Positions 60,328 through 64,000 of a DNA stretch of 64,000 bases are shown piece by piece. The stretch is from positions 5,952,001 to 6,016,000 of the forward strand of contig CAWIAD010000002.1 in NCBI GenBank assembly GCA_963833985.1. The letters run 5' to 3'. Source of the stretch: an uncultured Planctomycetaceae bacterium. GTDB taxonomy: Bacteria > Planctomycetota > Planctomycetia > Isosphaerales > Isosphaeraceae. The notes beneath the pieces are model-generated. The model was not told the origin of the DNA. It saw only the letters and a list, made by a program, of their open reading frames with translations, and searched no databases. Each line of letters begins with the position of its first letter. Positions within the stretch are counted from its first letter, which is position 1. The position numbers were made by a program, and so were the translations under genes.

Positions 60328-61188
60328 TTGGAAGGGCAGATTCAGAGCCACGACCTCCTCGATTCGCGGCAGTTCCAGCTGGCCGTGAAGCGGCTGGCCG
60401 ACAGCCTGAGCTACGGCACCGACCGCTCGCCATTCCTTGGCGCGGGGATCGAGTATGTCCAGTCGCGGCCTTACCAGTACGGCGACCCGATCAAGCTGAT
60501 CGACTGGAAGGTGACCGCGCGCACCCGCAGGGTGCACGTCAAGGAGTACGAGGCGCCCAAGCGGATGCCCGTCTACCTGCTCGTGGACACCTCGGCGTCG
60601 ATGACGATCAGCTCGCACCACCCGAGCAAGTACGAGACGGCCGTCTTCCTGGCTGGCGGCCTGGCCCTGGCGTGCCTGGAGCGGATCAGCCCGTGGGTCT
60701 CCTGGGTGTCGGCGGCCAGAACCTGCACGTGCGGCCCAGCCTCTCGAAAGACCAGGTGATGCAGTGGCTGCACAAGCTGCGGACGCTACCGCTACGACGA
60801 GCCGACCTCCCTGGGAGCGCGGCTGGTCGAGCTGATTCCCAGCCTGACCCAGCGCGTGCTGGTGATCGTTCTCAGCGACCTTCACGACCCTCGCGCCTTG
60901 CCCGCCCTGCGCCGGCTCGTGCAGCAGCATGACGCCGTGGTGCTCCAGGTGCGGGACCCGGCCGAGGACCGACTTCACGGTGTGGGCTTCGTCCGCGGCC
61001 GCGAGGCCGAGACCGGCCGCCCGTTCGTTGTCCGGGGCCGGGCGCGGTGGCTCGATCAGGATCGGATCAGTGATGAGTTGAAGCGGGACGGCATCGATCA
61101 CCTGCTGATCGAGACGGACCGGCCATTCGTGTCGCGTCTGCGCCAGTTCTTCAAGCATCGCAACCTGCTGGGGCGAGGAGCGCGCTAG
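60328..61188 (+). CDS. DUF58 domain protein (frameshifted)
   Basis: G.GIEY...[30 protein letters not shown]-terminal VIVLSD..D in another frame. Confidence 0.87.
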
Positions 61189-61190
61189 CG

Positions 61191-62094
61191 ATGTTCACTC
61201 GCCGCCGCTGGGCAGGATGGCTGACTGGCTGCTTCTTGCAGGGCGTTCTCCGGCTCCTTGCGGCCCATGCCGGACCGCCGGCAGAAGCCGCGTCCGACGC
61301 GCACCTGAGCGTCGGGATGACAGGCCAGATCGACCAGCTCGTACTCCCCGGCTCCGAGCTCGAAGTCCGGCCGCTGGAGGACCGCCGCGCTCCATTCGTC
61401 TTGCGTATCACGGACGTTTACCCGCACGGCTCGGCGTTCCGGTACGACCTGGTTTACTACGGGCTCGAGCCGGGCCGGTACGATCTGCGGAACTACCTGA
61501 GGCGGAAGGACGGCTCGGCCCTGGGTGAGCTGCCGCCCGTGCTGGTGCAGGTTGAGCCGATCTTGCCGCCCGGTCAGGTCGAGCCCAGCCCGCTGGAGCT
61601 GGCGCCTTCGCCCCGGCTGGGAGGCTATCGCTGGCTGCTCGCGCTGGGCGGTTCGCTCTGGTGCGCGGGCCTGGTGGCGATTGTGGTGCTCGGCCGGCGC
61701 AGGGTGAGTGAGGCCGTATCGAACGCCGGCAAACCGGCGACACTGGCTGACCGGCTCAGGCCCCTGGTCGACGCGGCCGTCGCCGGCACGCTTGACCAGG
61801 GCCAGCAGGCGGAGCTGGAACGCCTGCTGATCGGCTACTGGCGGAAGCGGCTGGGACTGGAACAGCAGAGCCCGTCAGGCGCCATGGCGGCGCTCCGTGC
61901 TCATCCGCAGGCCGGAGCGCTCATCCGCACGCTCGAGGACTGGCTGCACCGACCCGCGGCCGACAGAGCGCAGAACCGTCGACGTGGCCGCCCTGCTGCG
62001 TCCCTACCAGGACTTGCCCCCCGACGAATCGGCTCCGGTTGGACCGGCCGATCCGGCCCCCGAACCGGCGGCGTCACGTGGAGAACGCCCTTGA
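61191..62094 (+). CDS. Membrane-anchored hypothetical protein of the MoxR/Bat operon (frameshift near the 3' end)
   Basis: Signal-like N-terminus, TM helix after the exported domain, LERLLIGYWR; position between DUF58 and the VWA genes. Confidence 0.7.
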
Positions 62095-63013
62095 GCTTCG
62101 CCTATCCCTGGCTGTGCTGGCCTTGCTCGCGGTGCCGCTCCTGCTTCTGGGCTGGGTCTGGAAGCGGACGGGCGGCGGAGTGGCCCTGCCGTTTGACCAC
62201 GGCGGCAACAGACCACGGGACGGGGCTGGGCGATCGTGCTCAAGCTGGCCGACTCACTGCCTGCTCTGGTCCTGGCCCTGGTGATCGTGCTCCTGGCCGG
62301 GCCGCAGCAGCTGAGCGCACCCACGGACCAGGCGCGTGCTCACCAATATCGAATTCTGCGTCGACGTCTCGAGCAGCATGAACACGCCGCTTGGCGACGG
62401 CACGCGCTACGACGCATCGATGAAGGCGATCGATGAGTTCCTGAAGATCCGACAAGGGCGACGCGTTCGGATTGACCTTCTTCGGCAATAACGTGATCCA
62501 CTGGGTTCCGCTGACGAGCGATCCCTCCGCGGTCCGCTGTGCTCCGCCGTTCATGAAGCCCGAGAACGTGCCGATGTGGATGGCCGGCACCATGATCGGC
62601 AAGGCGCTGCTGGCCTGCAAGGAAATCCTCACCAGCCGCGAGGAGGGGGACCGGATGATCATCCTGGTCTCCGACGGCGACAGCTTCGATCTCTCCGGCG
62701 GCAACGACGAGGCCGTTGCGCAGACGCTCCGGCAGAACAACATCACGGTCTACGCGATTCATATCTCCGCCGGCGACATCCCCGGCGAGATCGCCAACGA
62801 TCACCGGCCTGACCGGCGGCGAGGTCTTCCCCGTGGACGACCCGCAGTCGCTCCAGGCGGTCTTCCGGCGGATCGATGCCATGAAGCGCGACCCGGCTCG
62901 AGAAGACGGCGTCGGAGCTACTCGACGACTTCGCTCCCTTCTGCATGGCCGGGCTGGTCCTCCTCGGGCTGACCGGCCTGACCCTCTTCGGGCTGAGGTA
63001 CACGCCATGGTGA
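62091..63013 (+). CDS. VWA domain protein (BatA-like), several frameshifts
   Basis: TTG start MSFAYPW overlapping the upstream stop; MIDAS-like DVSSSM; GT.IG.AL; MIILVSDG; C-terminal TM ending LRYTPW*. Confidence 0.8.
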
Positions 63014-64000
63014 GCCAGTCTGCCGTGTCTCCCACGAGCTGGCCGCGGCCGCCATGGCGCTGCTTGCGGCCATGGCCGAACTGCTGCACGCGCGCCGCTG
63101 CCGTCGACTTGCCCGTCTGGCCTTCGGCCCAGACCATCGGCCCGCGCCCTGGGCGCGCCTGGCCCCGGTACTGCGCGTGCTGGCGATGACCGCGCTGGCC
63201 TGGGGTCTGGTGACGCTGCTGGAGCTTCCGCCCAAGATGCATGTTGCCGAGACCGTGCCCGATAACGAGCGCCGGCACGTCTTGATCGTGCTCGACGTCT
63301 CGCCCAGCATGCGTCTGAAGGACGCCGGCCCGAACGCCGACCAGGCCGGATGAAGCGCGCGGCCGACGTCATGGAATCGTTCCTTCAGCGGATCCCGGTG
63401 GAGCTGTACCTGGTCTCGGTCGTGGCCTGCTACAACGGCGCCAAGCCCGTCGTGGTCGACACAAAGGACCTGGAAGTGGTCCGCAACATCTTCGGCGACC
63501 TGCCCATGCATTATGCCTTTCCGGCCGGCAAGACCGATCTATTCTCGGGCCTGGCGGAAGCCGTCAGGATCGCCCAGCCCTGGCAGCCGAAGAGCACCCT
63601 GCTCTTGCTGCTCTCTGACGGCGACACCGTGCCCGCGACCGGCATGCCCAGGATGCCCGCCTCGATCGCCGACGTGCTGATCGTGGGCGTGGGCGACCCC
63701 CGCAGGGCACGTTCATCGACGGCAGGATGTCGCGGCAAGATCGCAATCGACCCTGCGCCAGATCGCCGCCCGGCTGGGCGGCATCTATCACGACGGCAAC
63801 GCCAAGCACCTCGGTACCGCAGCTCCTGGGCCGTCTGACCATGATCCCCCGCAAGAGCGCCTTCGAGCGGCTGACCCGCCGCGAATACGCCCTCATGGCA
63901 TGCGGCTGCGGTGCGCTGGTGCTGGCTTTCTTGCCCCTTCTACTCCACTACCACGGCACGCGCTGGAAGCCGGGAGTGCATGCCACCGGCCGAACGGCAA
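63007..64000 (+). CDS. VWA domain protein (BatB-like), frameshifted, runs off the window end
   Basis: AELLHARR..RLARLAFGP; MIDAS LDVSPSM; LLLSDGD; IVGVGD. Confidence 0.78.

Overview
High-GC bacterial DNA, most likely from a planctomycete (inferred from the DUF1501, DUF1549/DUF1553, DUF1559 and LEPR-xLL proteins and a planctomycete-type ECF sigma factor). From left to right the window holds: the tail of an NRPS ending in a condensation domain, with a PvdE/SyrD-type exporter and MacAB; an IS50/Tn5-like IS4-family element inserted into the central hairpin of a 130-bp MITE (an empty copy of that MITE, with a perfect 10-bp target duplication, is at 58962-59091); a Hen1-Pnkp RNA-repair operon with a HEAT-repeat gene between its two genes, followed by a small Zn-ribbon ORF missing from the ORF track; a rhodanese/RND operon with a clear sigma70-type promoter; several metabolic and planctomycete-specific genes; a TusA-DsrE-[TusA::MetE-like] operon divergent from a DinB gene; a heavy-metal RND system; GH127; an orphan sensor kinase; a rhomboid; a DUF1559 protein; and a MoxR/DUF58/VWA (Bat-like) operon running off the end. 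Many genes are split by small indels, most densely in the last 4.5 kb, which looks like long-read assembly error. I saw no tRNA, rRNA or CRISPR array. The best candidates for undescribed biology are the TusA/DsrE/MetE-like module, the MITE-hairpin-IS50 nesting and the expanded Hen1-HEAT-Pnkp locus. All family calls come from motif recognition by eye, not database searches.
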